A stretch of DNA of 64,000 nt from an uncultured Candidatus Saccharibacteria bacterium (GTDB lineage: Bacteria; Patescibacteriota; Minisyncoccia; Phycocordibacterales; GCA-2401445): NCBI GenBank assembly GCA_964436015.1, contig CAYTAR010000005.1, positions 17,714 through 81,713 on the forward strand, written 5' to 3'. Shown in pieces: positions 49,723-60,375 of the stretch (its first letter is position 1; every line of letters begins with the position of its first letter). The notes beneath the pieces were generated by a model that was not told the origin of the DNA, searched no databases, and was given only the letters and a program-made list of their open reading frames with translations. The position numbers and the translations under genes were made by a program.

Positions 49723-50976
49723 ATGCGACAACGTACACTCTTTACCAAAGTTAGAAAAGAAGCCCCAAAAGATGAGGTTTCAAAAAATGCACAACTATTG
49801 ATTCGGGCTGGTTTTATTCATAAGGAAATGGCGGGTGTGTATACACTCTTACCGCTCGGACTTCGGGTAATTCAAAACATAGCTCGGGTTATTAGACGTG
49901 AAATGGATGGGGTGGGAGGAGTAGAGCTTTCATTGACTACACTTCAAGAAAAGGAGGCGTGGGAGAAGACGGGAAGGTGGAGTGATGATGTGGTAGATAA
50001 TTGGTTTAAGACAACACTTAAAAGTGGCACTGAACTTGGGCTTGGGTTTACTCATGAAGAACCACTGACACAACTAATTTCAGAACATGTTGCATCATAT
50101 CGCGACTTACCAATACTTGCGTACCAGATACAAACCAAATTTAGAAATGAACTGCGTGCAAAGAGTGGCATTATGCGCGGGCGTGAGTTTCTAATGAAGG
50201 ACCTGTATTCTTTTTCTCGGACACAAAGTGAACATGATGAGTTGTATGCAAAAATTGCAGAAGCGTACGTTCGTATTTTTGATACGGTGGGCATCGGGGA
50301 GAATACCTATTATACCTACGCGTCCGGTGGAACTTTTGCGAAGTTTTCTCATGAGTTTCAGACGGTAACAGACGCAGGTGAAGATACTATCTATGTTCAC
50401 GAGGAAGACTCCATCGCTATTAATGAAGAAATTATCAAAGATGAATCAATACAGTCACAGTTTAATCTTGAACATTTTGTTCCACGAAAAGCAGTTGAGG
50501 TTGGTAACATTTTCAGTTTAGGAACAAAATTCTCTCAGCCATTGTCGCTTAATTATGTCGCTGATACGGGAGAAAGTATGCCCGTGATTATGGGTTCGTA
50601 CGGTATTGGACTTGGACGATTGATGGGAGTGGTAGCTGAACTGCTTTCAGACGCTCAAGGTTTGGTGTGGCCAGTAACTATTGCACCGTTCACGCTTCAT
50701 TTGGTTTGTGTTGGTGAAGATGAGGAGGTGGTATCGTATGCGGAAGATTTGTACCAAAAGCTACTTACTCGAGGGGTATCTGTGTTGTTTGATGACCGCT
50801 CATTGTCTGCAGGTGCAAAATTTGCTGAGAGTGATTTGATCGGTATTCCTTTTCGTGCGGTCGTGAGTAAGAAGACCATGGCAGACGGAGTGGTTGAGTT
50901 GAAGAAGCGCGCGAGTGGAGCAGTTACGCGAGTGTCTGAGGATGAATTAATGGGTGATATGAGTGCGTATGTTTGA
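49723..50976 (+). CDS. proS: prolyl-tRNA synthetase, short form without INS editing domain
   Basis: Class II motifs and a ProRS-specific N-terminus; only 417 aa. Confidence 0.85.
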   Translation: MRQRTLFTKVRKEAPKDEVSKNAQLLIRAGFIHKEMAGVYTLLPLGLRVIQNIARVIRREMDGVGGVELSLTTLQEKEAWEKTGRWSDDVVDNWFKTTLKSGTELGLGFTHEEPLTQLISEHVASYRDLPILAYQIQTKFRNELRAKSGIMRGREFLMKDLYSFSRTQSEHDELYAKIAEAYVRIFDTVGIGENTYYTYASGGTFAKFSHEFQTVTDAGEDTIYVHEEDSIAINEEIIKDESIQSQFNLEHFVPRKAVEVGNIFSLGTKFSQPLSLNYVADTGESMPVIMGSYGIGLGRLMGVVAELLSDAQGLVWPVTIAPFTLHLVCVGEDEEVVSYAEDLYQKLLTRGVSVLFDDRSLSAGAKFAESDLIGIPFRAVVSKKTMADGVVELKKRASGAVTRVSEDELMGDMSAYV

Positions 50977-52036
50977 GAAAATACTTGATACATTTTATAA
51001 AACTCTTTCAAGTGATATTGGGATCGACTTGGGAACTGCGAACACTCTTGTCTACGTAAGGGGAAAGGGGATTGTTATCAATGAGCCATCGGTAGTAGCG
51101 GTAAACAGAAAGACTGACACTGTGGTTGCGGTCGGAGCGCAAGCAAAAGCAATGATTGGGAGGACTCCTGCACACGTGGAGGTAATTCAACCTTTGATTG
51201 ATGGAGTAATTTCTGATTTTGAGGTAACAGAAGAAATGCTTTCGTACCTACTTAACAAAGCACAAATGCATTCGCGAAGCATGATTGGTCCACGGGTGGT
51301 TATCGGGGTTCCATCGGGAATTACAAATGTTGAGACACGGGCGGTACGAGATGCTGCTCGGAATGCGGGCGCGAGAGAGGTGTACATTGTGGAAGAACCA
51401 ATGGCAGCTGCTATCGGAATAAAATTGCCCGTACTTGAACCCGTTGCCACTATGATACTTGATATTGGAGGAGGAACTACTGATGTGGCGGTTATATCTC
51501 TCGGTGGGGTGGTATGTTCTCGTAATTTGAAGATAGCAGGAGATAGGCTCAACAGTGACATTATCGCGTATATCAGAAATGAATTTAAAATTTTGATTGG
51601 CGGTCGTACTGCTGAAGATGTAAAAATCGCAATAGGTTCAGTTCTTCCCGATCCAAGCGGTCCGGTTGAATCGTCAATCAGAGGAAGAGATTTGATTAGT
51701 GGATTACCACGGGAGGTGGTTATCACTGATGCAGACATTAGAGAAGCAATCGGTCCATCGATTGAAAATTTGGTGGAGGCAGTGAAAGAAGTGTTAGAGC
51801 GTACTCCCCCTGAAATGCTTGCCGATGTAATGCATAGGGGGCTATACATTACTGGTGGTGGAGCTCTCATTCGAGGTTTAGGGGATATGATACAGCACGC
51901 GCTTTCTATTCCGGTGCATAGTGCGGAAGATCCTCTGACCGCAGTGGCACGTGGGACAGGTATTATTCTTGAAAAGATTGAGTTGTATGAACAGGTATTG
52001 TTAGAAAATGAAGATGACCTCCCTCAAACGAAATAG
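50969..52036 (+). CDS. mreB: rod shape-determining protein MreB (copy 2)
   Basis: IGIDLGTANTLVYV motif; directly upstream of mreC. Confidence 0.85.
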   Translation: MFEKILDTFYKTLSSDIGIDLGTANTLVYVRGKGIVINEPSVVAVNRKTDTVVAVGAQAKAMIGRTPAHVEVIQPLIDGVISDFEVTEEMLSYLLNKAQMHSRSMIGPRVVIGVPSGITNVETRAVRDAARNAGAREVYIVEEPMAAAIGIKLPVLEPVATMILDIGGGTTDVAVISLGGVVCSRNLKIAGDRLNSDIIAYIRNEFKILIGGRTAEDVKIAIGSVLPDPSGPVESSIRGRDLISGLPREVVITDADIREAIGPSIENLVEAVKEVLERTPPEMLADVMHRGLYITGGGALIRGLGDMIQHALSIPVHSAEDPLTAVARGTGIILEKIELYEQVLLENEDDLPQTK

Positions 52037-52829
52037 GCGATCAGTTCTTACCAGACTGCGTGTCGGTACGGCAGTGGTAGTGCTTATGTTGTTTGTAACT
52101 GCTACTTTTGTGTTTCCGATGCCACGGGTACTGACTCAGATTGGTTTTGTTATTGCACGTCCAGTGTTGTTTATTGGTTCAGGAATACACCAGATAAGCA
52201 CCACTGGTTTTGCTCTTTTGCAGAGCAAGAGGGCGTTAGTTGCTGAAAACAGAAGGCTCACTCAAGAGTTGCAACAACTCTCAGTTAAATTGCTGGATAG
52301 AAATTTATTAAAAGAAGAGAATCTCGCATTAAAGGAGTCCTTAGGGCGCTCTACATATGAGACTCTTGTGTACGCACCAGTATTAGTTAAACCGAATAAA
52401 TCACCGTATGATGTTCTTATTTTGGATGGAGGGTACGAAGATTCAATTTCAGTTGGTGATTATGTACTCTCTTCAGAGTCAGTAATTATTGGTGAGATTG
52501 TTGAAGTTGGAGCTCATTTATCTCGTGCAAGACTATTTTCAACTTCACGTACTGTTACTCCGGTAGTTATTGCTCCACAATCAATTCCCGCAGAAGCGGT
52601 TGGGCGAGGTAATGGAAATTTTGAAATAAAAATTTCACGAGATATACCCGTTGCAATAGGGGATGAGATTATCGCACCAGGGTTGTCTCCTCGTTTGTTT
52701 GGGGTGGTTGAGGATATTTTTGTAAGCCCCACTGACTCACTTCAAACACTCATTTTCAGAAGCCCAGTAACAATAGCAGAACTCGGTTTTGTATTTGTAG
52801 TCACCCATGATGCGGTTTCAACAGAATAG
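52008..52829 (+). CDS. mreC: rod shape-determining protein MreC
   Basis: N-terminal TM, coiled coil and beta-rich C-terminal domain; position between mreB and mreD/PBP2. Confidence 0.8.
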   Translation: MKMTSLKRNRRSVLTRLRVGTAVVVLMLFVTATFVFPMPRVLTQIGFVIARPVLFIGSGIHQISTTGFALLQSKRALVAENRRLTQELQQLSVKLLDRNLLKEENLALKESLGRSTYETLVYAPVLVKPNKSPYDVLILDGGYEDSISVGDYVLSSESVIIGEIVEVGAHLSRARLFSTSRTVTPVVIAPQSIPAEAVGRGNGNFEIKISRDIPVAIGDEIIAPGLSPRLFGVVEDIFVSPTDSLQTLIFRSPVTIAELGFVFVVTHDAVSTE

Positions 52830-53097
52830 TATGTCATATGGGTGGAAACGACTTGCGTTCACCGGAGCGCTTTTTGTAAGTGTATTCTTGTTACCGTGGT
52901 GGGTAACGCTGTGTATTGCACTTATTGCCCTTTTTTATATTCCCTCCTTCTATGAACTTATCCTAGTAGGGTTATATTTTGATATGATATACGCAACGCC
53001 ACAAATCGGACTCTTTTCGTATACCTATATTGGAATTATGGTAAGTGCCGTGTTGGTACTTTTTGCTCACGTGATGAGGTTTCGTCTCGGTGTTTAG
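52807..53097 (+). CDS. mreD: MreD-like small membrane protein
   Basis: 96-aa polytopic membrane ORF between mreC and PBP2; overlaps the mreC end. Confidence 0.5.
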   Translation: MMRFQQNSMSYGWKRLAFTGALFVSVFLLPWWVTLCIALIALFYIPSFYELILVGLYFDMIYATPQIGLFSYTYIGIMVSAVLVLFAHVMRFRLGV

Positions 53098-53124
53098 GTG
53101 GCGACATGGTAGGATAACCATAAT

Positions 53125-54816
53125 ATGTTTTCACGCAAGCGAAAATCTTCATACTCACATTTGGATATTGCCCCAGAAGATATTTTTTTAGATTCAAGTA
53201 ATTTGCCTGAGTTTAATCGTGCACAGTTTGAGGGGAGAATAGAGCATCCAATTTCCAAAGTCTCGTTACTTTTAATGAGTACCGTGTTTGTCTTGATTGG
53301 TATTTTTTTTCTAGGAAAACTCGGAACACTGCAAATACGTGACGGAGAAGTGTATGCGGGAATTAGTGAGAATAATCGTTTGCAACACGAACTTATTTTT
53401 GCAGATAGAGGGCTTGTATATGACAGGAATGGAGTTGAGCTGGCTTGGAATACACCGAATGAGGAAGATGAATTTGCACGAAGAGCATACACGAATCTTT
53501 CAGGACATTCTCATGTGCTTGGGTATGTCAGATACCCGGCACGAGACGCACAGGGCTTTTATTACCAGACAGAGTACACGGGAGAAAGTGGGGTTGAGTT
53601 GGCATACAACACTGCTCTCTCGGGGCAGAATGGGCTGATGATTATTGAAACAGATGCACTGAGTACTCCAATTTCATCAAATACCGTACGACTTCCTAAA
53701 AAAGGAGAGAGTATTAGTTTAAGTATTGATTCACGCATCCAACACAAGTTGTATACCATCATGGAAGCGTTTTCGCGTGAACGAGGGTTTACTGGCGGAG
53801 CGGGAGGTATTATGGATGTTACGACAGGAGAATTAATTGCGTTGGTAAGTTATCCTGAATATAGTTCTCAGGTACTTGCGAACGCTACTAATACCGTACG
53901 CATACGCCAGTATGAGCAGGACACGCTTGGAACTCCATACTTGAATCGGTTCACAAATGGACTCTATACACCCGGGTCTATAGTGAAGCCGTATGTCGCG
54001 TTGGCTGCACTCAATGAAAAAATAATTAGTCCTCAAAAAACAATTTACAGTGATGGGCGAATGATTGTTCCAAATCCTTTTAATCCAGAGCTACCTTCTG
54101 TCTTTACTGACTGGAAGGCACACGGTTCGGTTAATATGCAACAGGCGATTGCGGTTTCTTCCAACATATATTTTTATCAAATTGGTGGTGGTTTTGAGAC
54201 ACAAGAAGGTTTGGGAATCAGCCGGATAGAGAAGTACATGAATATGTTTGGTTTCGGTAATTCAATTAATTTTCTTCTCAAAGATACTCCACGAGGGGTG
54301 ATACCAAATCCTCTTTGGAAAGCAGAGCAGTTTGATGGCGACATCTGGCGTTTGGGTGATACCTATTTTACCTCAATTGGGCAGTATGGGTTCCAAGTTA
54401 CTCCACTACAACAACTACGAGCAGTGAGTGCCATTGCAAATAAAGGAAGTCTTTTAACCCCAACACTACTAACACAAAGTGTAAGCACTATTGATTCACG
54501 TATACCAATAGATGAAGCGTATTTTTCTATAATATCTGAAGGAATGCGACAAAGCGTACTGTACGGAACCGCAACTGGTATCAATGTGCCGTATGTTTCA
54601 ATTGCAGGAAAAACAGGTACTGCTGAGCTTGGTTCACGAAAGGAGTACGTGAATTCATGGATAACCGGGTTCTTTCCTTATGAGGAGCCACGGTATGCTT
54701 TTGTAGTATTAATGGAGAGAGGGTCACGGGCAAACCTTATTGGTGCTACCGCGGTTGCGCGTGAGTTGTTTGATTGGATGAACCTTAATACTCCTGAGTA
54801 TTTTAGTATTGATTGA
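53125..54816 (+). CDS. mrdA: penicillin-binding protein 2 (elongasome transpeptidase)
   Basis: SIVKP (SxxK), SSN and KTGTA motifs; N-terminal TM. Confidence 0.85.
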   Translation: MFSRKRKSSYSHLDIAPEDIFLDSSNLPEFNRAQFEGRIEHPISKVSLLLMSTVFVLIGIFFLGKLGTLQIRDGEVYAGISENNRLQHELIFADRGLVYDRNGVELAWNTPNEEDEFARRAYTNLSGHSHVLGYVRYPARDAQGFYYQTEYTGESGVELAYNTALSGQNGLMIIETDALSTPISSNTVRLPKKGESISLSIDSRIQHKLYTIMEAFSRERGFTGGAGGIMDVTTGELIALVSYPEYSSQVLANATNTVRIRQYEQDTLGTPYLNRFTNGLYTPGSIVKPYVALAALNEKIISPQKTIYSDGRMIVPNPFNPELPSVFTDWKAHGSVNMQQAIAVSSNIYFYQIGGGFETQEGLGISRIEKYMNMFGFGNSINFLLKDTPRGVIPNPLWKAEQFDGDIWRLGDTYFTSIGQYGFQVTPLQQLRAVSAIANKGSLLTPTLLTQSVSTIDSRIPIDEAYFSIISEGMRQSVLYGTATGINVPYVSIAGKTGTAELGSRKEYVNSWITGFFPYEEPRYAFVVLMERGSRANLIGATAVARELFDWMNLNTPEYFSID

Positions 54817-54950
54817 CTTTAATCCATTTGTAGATACAATTGTTCTATTATTAGCGACGTAGAGTGAGTGAAATGAAAAACCTTTTCATTTCCGAGCCGA
54901 GGAGCTAATACAAGGGTTACTATATCTTTTATCCATGAACTAGGACTTAT

Positions 54951-55415
54951 ATGGGAGGAACTGAATATCTTACAAAAGAAAAATTTGATGAATTAACTCA
55001 AGAACTTGAGCAGTTGAAGCATGTTCGACGAAAGGAGGTTGCTGAACATTTGGAGTATGCTAAGTCACTTGGTGATCTGTCTGAAAATGCAGAGTACCAT
55101 GAAGCACGAGAGGAGCAAGCAATTGTAGAAGATAGGATTGCAAAACTTGAGAACATACTAAAGAATGTTGAAATCGTCGTACCTCATCACAGCGACATTG
55201 TTGAAGCTGGAGCTACTGTTGTATTGAGAAAAGGAAAAGAGAAGAAAGAGGTTACGTATCACATCGTAAGTCCTGAGGAAGCCGATGTTGCTTCTGGAAA
55301 AATATCCTATCGTTCTCCGTTAGGTGAGAGAATGCTCGGACGAAAAGAAGGGGAGACATTTTCCTTCTCTACTCCAAACGGCGAAATGGAATACACCATT
55401 GTAGCTATTAAATAA
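54951..55415 (+). CDS. greA: transcription elongation factor GreA
   Basis: Coiled-coil N-terminus with DLSENAEY and an FKBP-like C-terminus. Confidence 0.9.
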   Translation: MGGTEYLTKEKFDELTQELEQLKHVRRKEVAEHLEYAKSLGDLSENAEYHEAREEQAIVEDRIAKLENILKNVEIVVPHHSDIVEAGATVVLRKGKEKKEVTYHIVSPEEADVASGKISYRSPLGERMLGRKEGETFSFSTPNGEMEYTIVAIK

Positions 55416-55416
55416 A

Positions 55417-55470
55417 CTCTCTCACAAAGAAAAAACACGTACAAATGTACGTGTTTTTTCTTTGTGAGAG
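55417..55470 (+). terminator. long perfect inverted repeat (25-bp stem) terminator after greA
   Basis: CTCTCACAAAGAAAAAACACGTACA-aatg-TGTACGTGTTTTTTCTTTGTGAGAG. Confidence 0.7.
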
Positions 55471-55687
55471 GGATGTGGGTGTGGATAACAATGTATTGCA
55501 GTGGGAAGAAGTGTTATATAATACCTACTAGGTGGGAAGAAGTGGGAAATTTCTTTTTCACCATCCTCTTCCGATTTTGGCTCTTTACTCCCAATAAAGT
55601 ACTCACCACTCATCAAAAAAAGCTCACCACTCATTTTTGATATCACTTTTTGGTAAAGGGCCGTAATCGGGAGAGGACACATTGCGC

Positions 55688-56122
55688 ATGCTTATCGGTG
55701 AATACACACATACGGTCGACGATAAGAAACGACTTTCACTTCCAATCAAGTTCAGAAAAGAGCTTGGGAAAAAAGTTGTTGTCACCCCGGGTTTAGACGG
55801 CTGTTTGTTTGTGTTTACGTTAGCACAGTGGAACGTGATCTCTAAAAAATTGTCTGAGTCATCAATGCTCCAGTCTGATGCACGAAGTTTCAACCGCTAC
55901 ATGTTTGGCGGCGCGGTTGAGGTTTCCGTGGATACGATTGGAAGGATTTTGATTCCAGAATTTCTTCGCGAGCGCTCCAATATCACTGAGACGGTTGTTG
56001 TCATCGGTGTACAGGACAGAGTGGAGATATGGAACGAATCTGCATGGAAAGACTACAAACAATTTGTAGAACGTGAAGCTGACTCACTTGCCGAGAAACT
56101 AGGAAGTATCGGCGTTCTGTAA
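55688..56122 (+). CDS. mraZ: transcriptional regulator MraZ
   Basis: Duplicated MraZ DxxxR-type SpoVT/AbrB-like halves (DDKKRLSLP, DTIGRILIP). Confidence 0.85.
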   Translation: MLIGEYTHTVDDKKRLSLPIKFRKELGKKVVVTPGLDGCLFVFTLAQWNVISKKLSESSMLQSDARSFNRYMFGGAVEVSVDTIGRILIPEFLRERSNITETVVVIGVQDRVEIWNESAWKDYKQFVEREADSLAEKLGSIGVL

Positions 56123-56126
56123 GTGT

Positions 56127-57059
56127 ATGGGACATACCAGCGTATTGCTGTATGAAGCAGTTACCGGTCTTGCGGTTGCAGAGGGAGACGTCATCCTCGA
56201 TGCAACATTAAACGGCGGAGGGCACTCCGAAGCGTTATGCATACGGTATAGCAAATTAGGCATTACTCTGATAGGTGTTGATTTAGATAGTGACGCAATT
56301 GCGCGAGCACGGCGCAGGTTGTCACAGTATCAATGCCCCATTACTTTTGTACAGGAAAACTTTAAGCATACTGACGCAATTATGAAGAAGGCGGGCGTGA
56401 CGGCAATCAACAAAGCATTGTTTGATCTCGGATTGTCGTCATATCAGCTGGATAGCGCAGGGAGAGGGTTTTCTTTCAGGTTTGATGAGCCTCTTACTAT
56501 GACGTTCAAACGTGACCCCGACGTACATGACTTTACCGCACGGGACATAGTGAACGAATGGGAGGAAGAGACGCTTGCAAATATCTTTTTTGGATATGGA
56601 GAGGAAACATTTGCTCGCAGAATCGCAAAGGCAATAGTTGCGCAACGTTCAATTAAACCAATTGATACTACATTTCAATTGGTTGATGTCGTTAAGAGCG
56701 CACTACCAAGCAAGTTTAGAAACGGAAGGATTCATCCTGCAACAAAAGTGTTTCAAGCACTTCGTATTGCGGTTAATGATGAAATAAAAAACATGAAAGA
56801 GGGTTTGCAGAATACTTTTTCTGCCCTTGCTCCATTGGGCCGTATCGCAGTGATTTCTTTTCATAGTCTTGAAGATAGGTTTGTAAAACATTATTTTAGA
56901 CAGCTTGAGCTTGAAGGTCGAGCGACAGTAGTAACTAAAAAAGCAATCATACCAACGGATGCTGAAATTGCACAGAATCCGCGAGCGCGTAGCGCAAAAC
57001 TTCGAATAATAGAAAAACATGATGTACTCGCTAAAAGAAAGAATAATAAACGCACGTAA
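56127..57059 (+). CDS. rsmH: 16S rRNA (cytosine1402-N4)-methyltransferase RsmH
   Basis: HTSVLL N-terminus, DATLNGGGHS SAM motif and the FHSLEDR motif. Confidence 0.9.
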   Translation: MGHTSVLLYEAVTGLAVAEGDVILDATLNGGGHSEALCIRYSKLGITLIGVDLDSDAIARARRRLSQYQCPITFVQENFKHTDAIMKKAGVTAINKALFDLGLSSYQLDSAGRGFSFRFDEPLTMTFKRDPDVHDFTARDIVNEWEEETLANIFFGYGEETFARRIAKAIVAQRSIKPIDTTFQLVDVVKSALPSKFRNGRIHPATKVFQALRIAVNDEIKNMKEGLQNTFSALAPLGRIAVISFHSLEDRFVKHYFRQLELEGRATVVTKKAIIPTDAEIAQNPRARSAKLRIIEKHDVLAKRKNNKRT

Positions 57060-57384
57060 CGGTATTCAGAATACACTTCGTGTTTCTCTGCGTACACTGC
57101 TATTTTCAATATACTCACTCTCAGCACTGCTAGTTGTATGCGTTGCTGTGTATATATTTTTTATATTTAATTCAGTGGTAAACGCTTCAGTTGCCGAGCG
57201 ATTAGAGCAGTCAATTCAAACACTTTCAACGGAAGTTAGCTCGCTTGAGTTTGCGTATATTTCAAAACGAAACGATATAACGCTTGAGTATGCACGAGCT
57301 AAGGGTTTCCACGCTGTAGCGCAAGCGCATTTCATTGAGCTCAATTCATTAGAACGAATTTCTCGAGCTCAGTATGAGAACTGA
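57019..57384 (+). CDS. ftsL: FtsL-like cell-division protein
   Basis: Single TM plus coiled coil; conserved dcw position between rsmH and ftsI. Confidence 0.5.
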   Translation: MMYSLKERIINARNGIQNTLRVSLRTLLFSIYSLSALLVVCVAVYIFFIFNSVVNASVAERLEQSIQTLSTEVSSLEFAYISKRNDITLEYARAKGFHAVAQAHFIELNSLERISRAQYEN

Positions 57385-59092
57385 TTTTTCTTTACGATTA
57401 CGAATCATATTTGCAGGGTTTACCCTCGTGGTTTTAGTGGTGGTTTTCCGATTGTACTCTGTTCAGATTGTGCAGGGCGAAGCCTATGTCGCTCGGGCAG
57501 AAAGTCAGTACTATAAGACCTCTACCGTGCTCACTCCCCGGGGCACTATTTTTTTTACTGATAAGGATGGTAAGACAGTTTCTGCTGGTACCGAGAAGAC
57601 TGGGTATGTGCTCGCAATAAATCCAAGCATTATTAAAGACCCTGAGAGCGTGTACGTTCGTTTGAATCAATTCGTGCCAAGTATTTCAAAAGAAGATTTT
57701 CTAAGAAAAGCACAAAAATTGGATGATCCTTATGAGGAGATAATTCCCCGGTTAGAAGCGGACATAGGAGAACTTATCATAGCAGAGCAGATTCCCGGGG
57801 TAATGCTTTACAGAAATAACTGGCGTTTCTATCCAGGGCAATCCATGGCTTCACATGTCCTCGGTTTCGTCAGTTTTGATGAAGAGAATATGCAACGTGG
57901 ACAGTACGGGGTTGAACGCTACTATAATGAAATTCTTGAACGACAGTCTCGGTCAACCTATGTAAATTTTTTTGCAGAACTTTTTACGAATATTGATTCA
58001 TTTCTTTCCTCAGATAGCTCCGCACGTGAAGGAGACATTGTTCTCACCATTGAACCTACCATTCAGCTTTTACTTGAGCAAAAGCTCGCAGAAATTCATT
58101 CTACGTATGATTCTGAACTCACGGGCGGTATCGTGATTGACCCAAGTACGGGGTCTCTCTATGCTCTTGCGGTTACGCCTGATTTTAATCCAAACAGTTT
58201 TACTACGGTTGACTCAGTTTCAGTATTTTCAAATCCAAATATTGAGAGTGTGTTTGAAATGGGTTCAATCATTAAGGCGCTTACGATGGCAGTTGGTCTT
58301 GATACGGGAAGTGTATCAGCAAGAACCACGTACGATGACACAGGTTCACTTACATTAAACGGACGAACCATCTCAAATTTTGACGGAAGAGGAAGAGGGA
58401 TTGTAAGTATGCAAGAAGTGTTGAGTCAGTCATTGAATACTGGGACAGTATTTACCTTTCAGCAGGTCGGGAACACTCGGTTTGTTGATTACTTACTTAA
58501 TCTTGGACTGGGAGAAGAAACAGGGGTAGACCTTCCATTTGAGACGTCAGGTTTGGTTGACAACCTTGAATCAGCGCGTGATATTGAACTTGCCACTGCA
58601 TCGTTTGGACAAGGTATTGCACTAACACCGATAGCAACGGTACGTGCGTTGTCTGCACTGGCGTCTGGAGGAATACTTCCGTCTCCACACGTGCTATCAG
58701 AGATACGGTACCCAGGTGGGCGAGTAAAGGAGTATGTTCCATTTGAAGGAAGGAGGGTTTTTAGTGAAAAGACATCTGATGAAATTACACGTATGCTTGT
58801 TGAGGTCGTTGACACCGCTCTTAAAAAGGGTGAGTATAAGCACGAGCGGTACAGTATTGCTGCAAAAACAGGTACTGCTCAAATGGTTGATCCGGTAACA
58901 AAGAAATACTCTACAGATAATTTTTTACACTCTTTCTTTGGCTACTTCCCGGCATACAATCCTCGGTTTCTGGTATTCTTGTATACGGTAAAACCACAAG
59001 GGGTAAGCTATGCTTCAGACACGCTTACGGTACCGTTTATGAATATTACAGATTTTTTGATTAATTACTATAACCTTCCGCCCGACAGATAA
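57374..59092 (+). CDS. ftsI: peptidoglycan D,D-transpeptidase FtsI (PBP3)
   Basis: SIIKA (SxxK), SLN and KTGTA motifs; N-terminal TM; dcw context. Confidence 0.85.
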   Translation: MRTDFSLRLRIIFAGFTLVVLVVVFRLYSVQIVQGEAYVARAESQYYKTSTVLTPRGTIFFTDKDGKTVSAGTEKTGYVLAINPSIIKDPESVYVRLNQFVPSISKEDFLRKAQKLDDPYEEIIPRLEADIGELIIAEQIPGVMLYRNNWRFYPGQSMASHVLGFVSFDEENMQRGQYGVERYYNEILERQSRSTYVNFFAELFTNIDSFLSSDSSAREGDIVLTIEPTIQLLLEQKLAEIHSTYDSELTGGIVIDPSTGSLYALAVTPDFNPNSFTTVDSVSVFSNPNIESVFEMGSIIKALTMAVGLDTGSVSARTTYDDTGSLTLNGRTISNFDGRGRGIVSMQEVLSQSLNTGTVFTFQQVGNTRFVDYLLNLGLGEETGVDLPFETSGLVDNLESARDIELATASFGQGIALTPIATVRALSALASGGILPSPHVLSEIRYPGGRVKEYVPFEGRRVFSEKTSDEITRMLVEVVDTALKKGEYKHERYSIAAKTGTAQMVDPVTKKYSTDNFLHSFFGYFPAYNPRFLVFLYTVKPQGVSYASDTLTVPFMNITDFLINYYNLPPDR

Positions 59093-60375
59093 TGAAAAAT
59101 TTTTTAAAAAAAACTCTCATACGGATACTGACACTGCAGGCGCAGTTTATATTAAAAAAATATAAACCTCGTATTATTGCGGTAACAGGCTCTGCTGGTA
59201 AAACTTCTGCAAAGGACGCAATTACTGCCGTCATGGAAGGTTTCTTTTCGGTGAGAAAAAGTGAAAAGAGTTATAACAGTGAGATTGGAATACCGCTTAC
59301 TGTGCTTGGGGTACCGAATCAATGGGGAAATATTTTTGGATGGCTTGGAAATATTGCACAAGGGTTGATTACCATGTGTACGAATGTTCGGTATCCGGAG
59401 TGGTTAGTGCTTGAGGTAGGTGCGGATAAACCAAATGACATTCAAAAGGCGATGGAATGGATTCACCCAGATATCTCAGTGATTACTGCCATTGGTGAGG
59501 TTCCCGTTCATGTTGAATACTATGATAGCCCCGAAGCGGTTTTTAAGGAAAAGTGCAAGTTACTTCATGGATTGGTAAAGGGAGGTATTGGGATTGTTAA
59601 TGCTGATGATGCGTTGTTGAAGGAGGTAGTGGTTCGGGATGATGTTCGTTTGGTTACGTATGGATGGAGGAAAGGAGTAGATGTTCATGCTACTCACGCA
59701 TCAGTTATGAGTGAAAACAATACTTTGACTGGAATGTGTGCGAAAGTAAAAATTGGTAAAAGTGTTTTTCCAATTCGGGTACGTGGAGTGCTCGGTAATC
59801 AACAAATATACCCAGCTCTTGCGGGACTCGCGGTTGCACATGTTCTCGATAAAAATATACTCATGAGTCTTCATGCGCTTGAAAGGAAAGTACCTGCACC
59901 AGGAAGAATGAGAATCTTAGAAGGGACTGCTAGTTCAGTCATAATTGATGATACGTATAACGCATCTCCACTTTCAATGTCGTCTGCTCTTGATGCGTTA
60001 GCTCAAGTACCTGCAACTCGTAGAATTGTATTATTGGGTCACATGGCTGAGCTGGGGACCTTTAGTGAATCAGAGCACACAAAGCTAGGAGAGCACGCTG
60101 CTCGGGTTGCAGATCTTGTACTCACCTCAGGTTCACAATCGGACGGTATTGCTGATGCGGTGCGAAGACGAAAGGGAACAGGAATGGTTGTTTCTTTTTC
60201 AGGACCTGAACACGCTGCGCAATATGTATCAGCAAAGATAAAGGCTGGAGATGTTATTCTGGTAAAAGGTTCACAGTCTGCACGAATGGAAAAAGCAGTT
60301 AAGTTGTTACTTGCGAAACCAGAAGATGCGGAGAAGTTACTCGTGCGACAGGAGGATGAGTGGAGGAAGAGGTAG
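59092..60375 (+). CDS. murF: Mur ligase, most likely UDP-MurNAc-tripeptide--D-Ala-D-Ala ligase MurF
   Basis: AVTGSAGKTS P-loop typical of MurF; dcw position after ftsI. Confidence 0.65.
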   Translation: MKNFLKKTLIRILTLQAQFILKKYKPRIIAVTGSAGKTSAKDAITAVMEGFFSVRKSEKSYNSEIGIPLTVLGVPNQWGNIFGWLGNIAQGLITMCTNVRYPEWLVLEVGADKPNDIQKAMEWIHPDISVITAIGEVPVHVEYYDSPEAVFKEKCKLLHGLVKGGIGIVNADDALLKEVVVRDDVRLVTYGWRKGVDVHATHASVMSENNTLTGMCAKVKIGKSVFPIRVRGVLGNQQIYPALAGLAVAHVLDKNILMSLHALERKVPAPGRMRILEGTASSVIIDDTYNASPLSMSSALDALAQVPATRRIVLLGHMAELGTFSESEHTKLGEHAARVADLVLTSGSQSDGIADAVRRRKGTGMVVSFSGPEHAAQYVSAKIKAGDVILVKGSQSARMEKAVKLLLAKPEDAEKLLVRQEDEWRKR

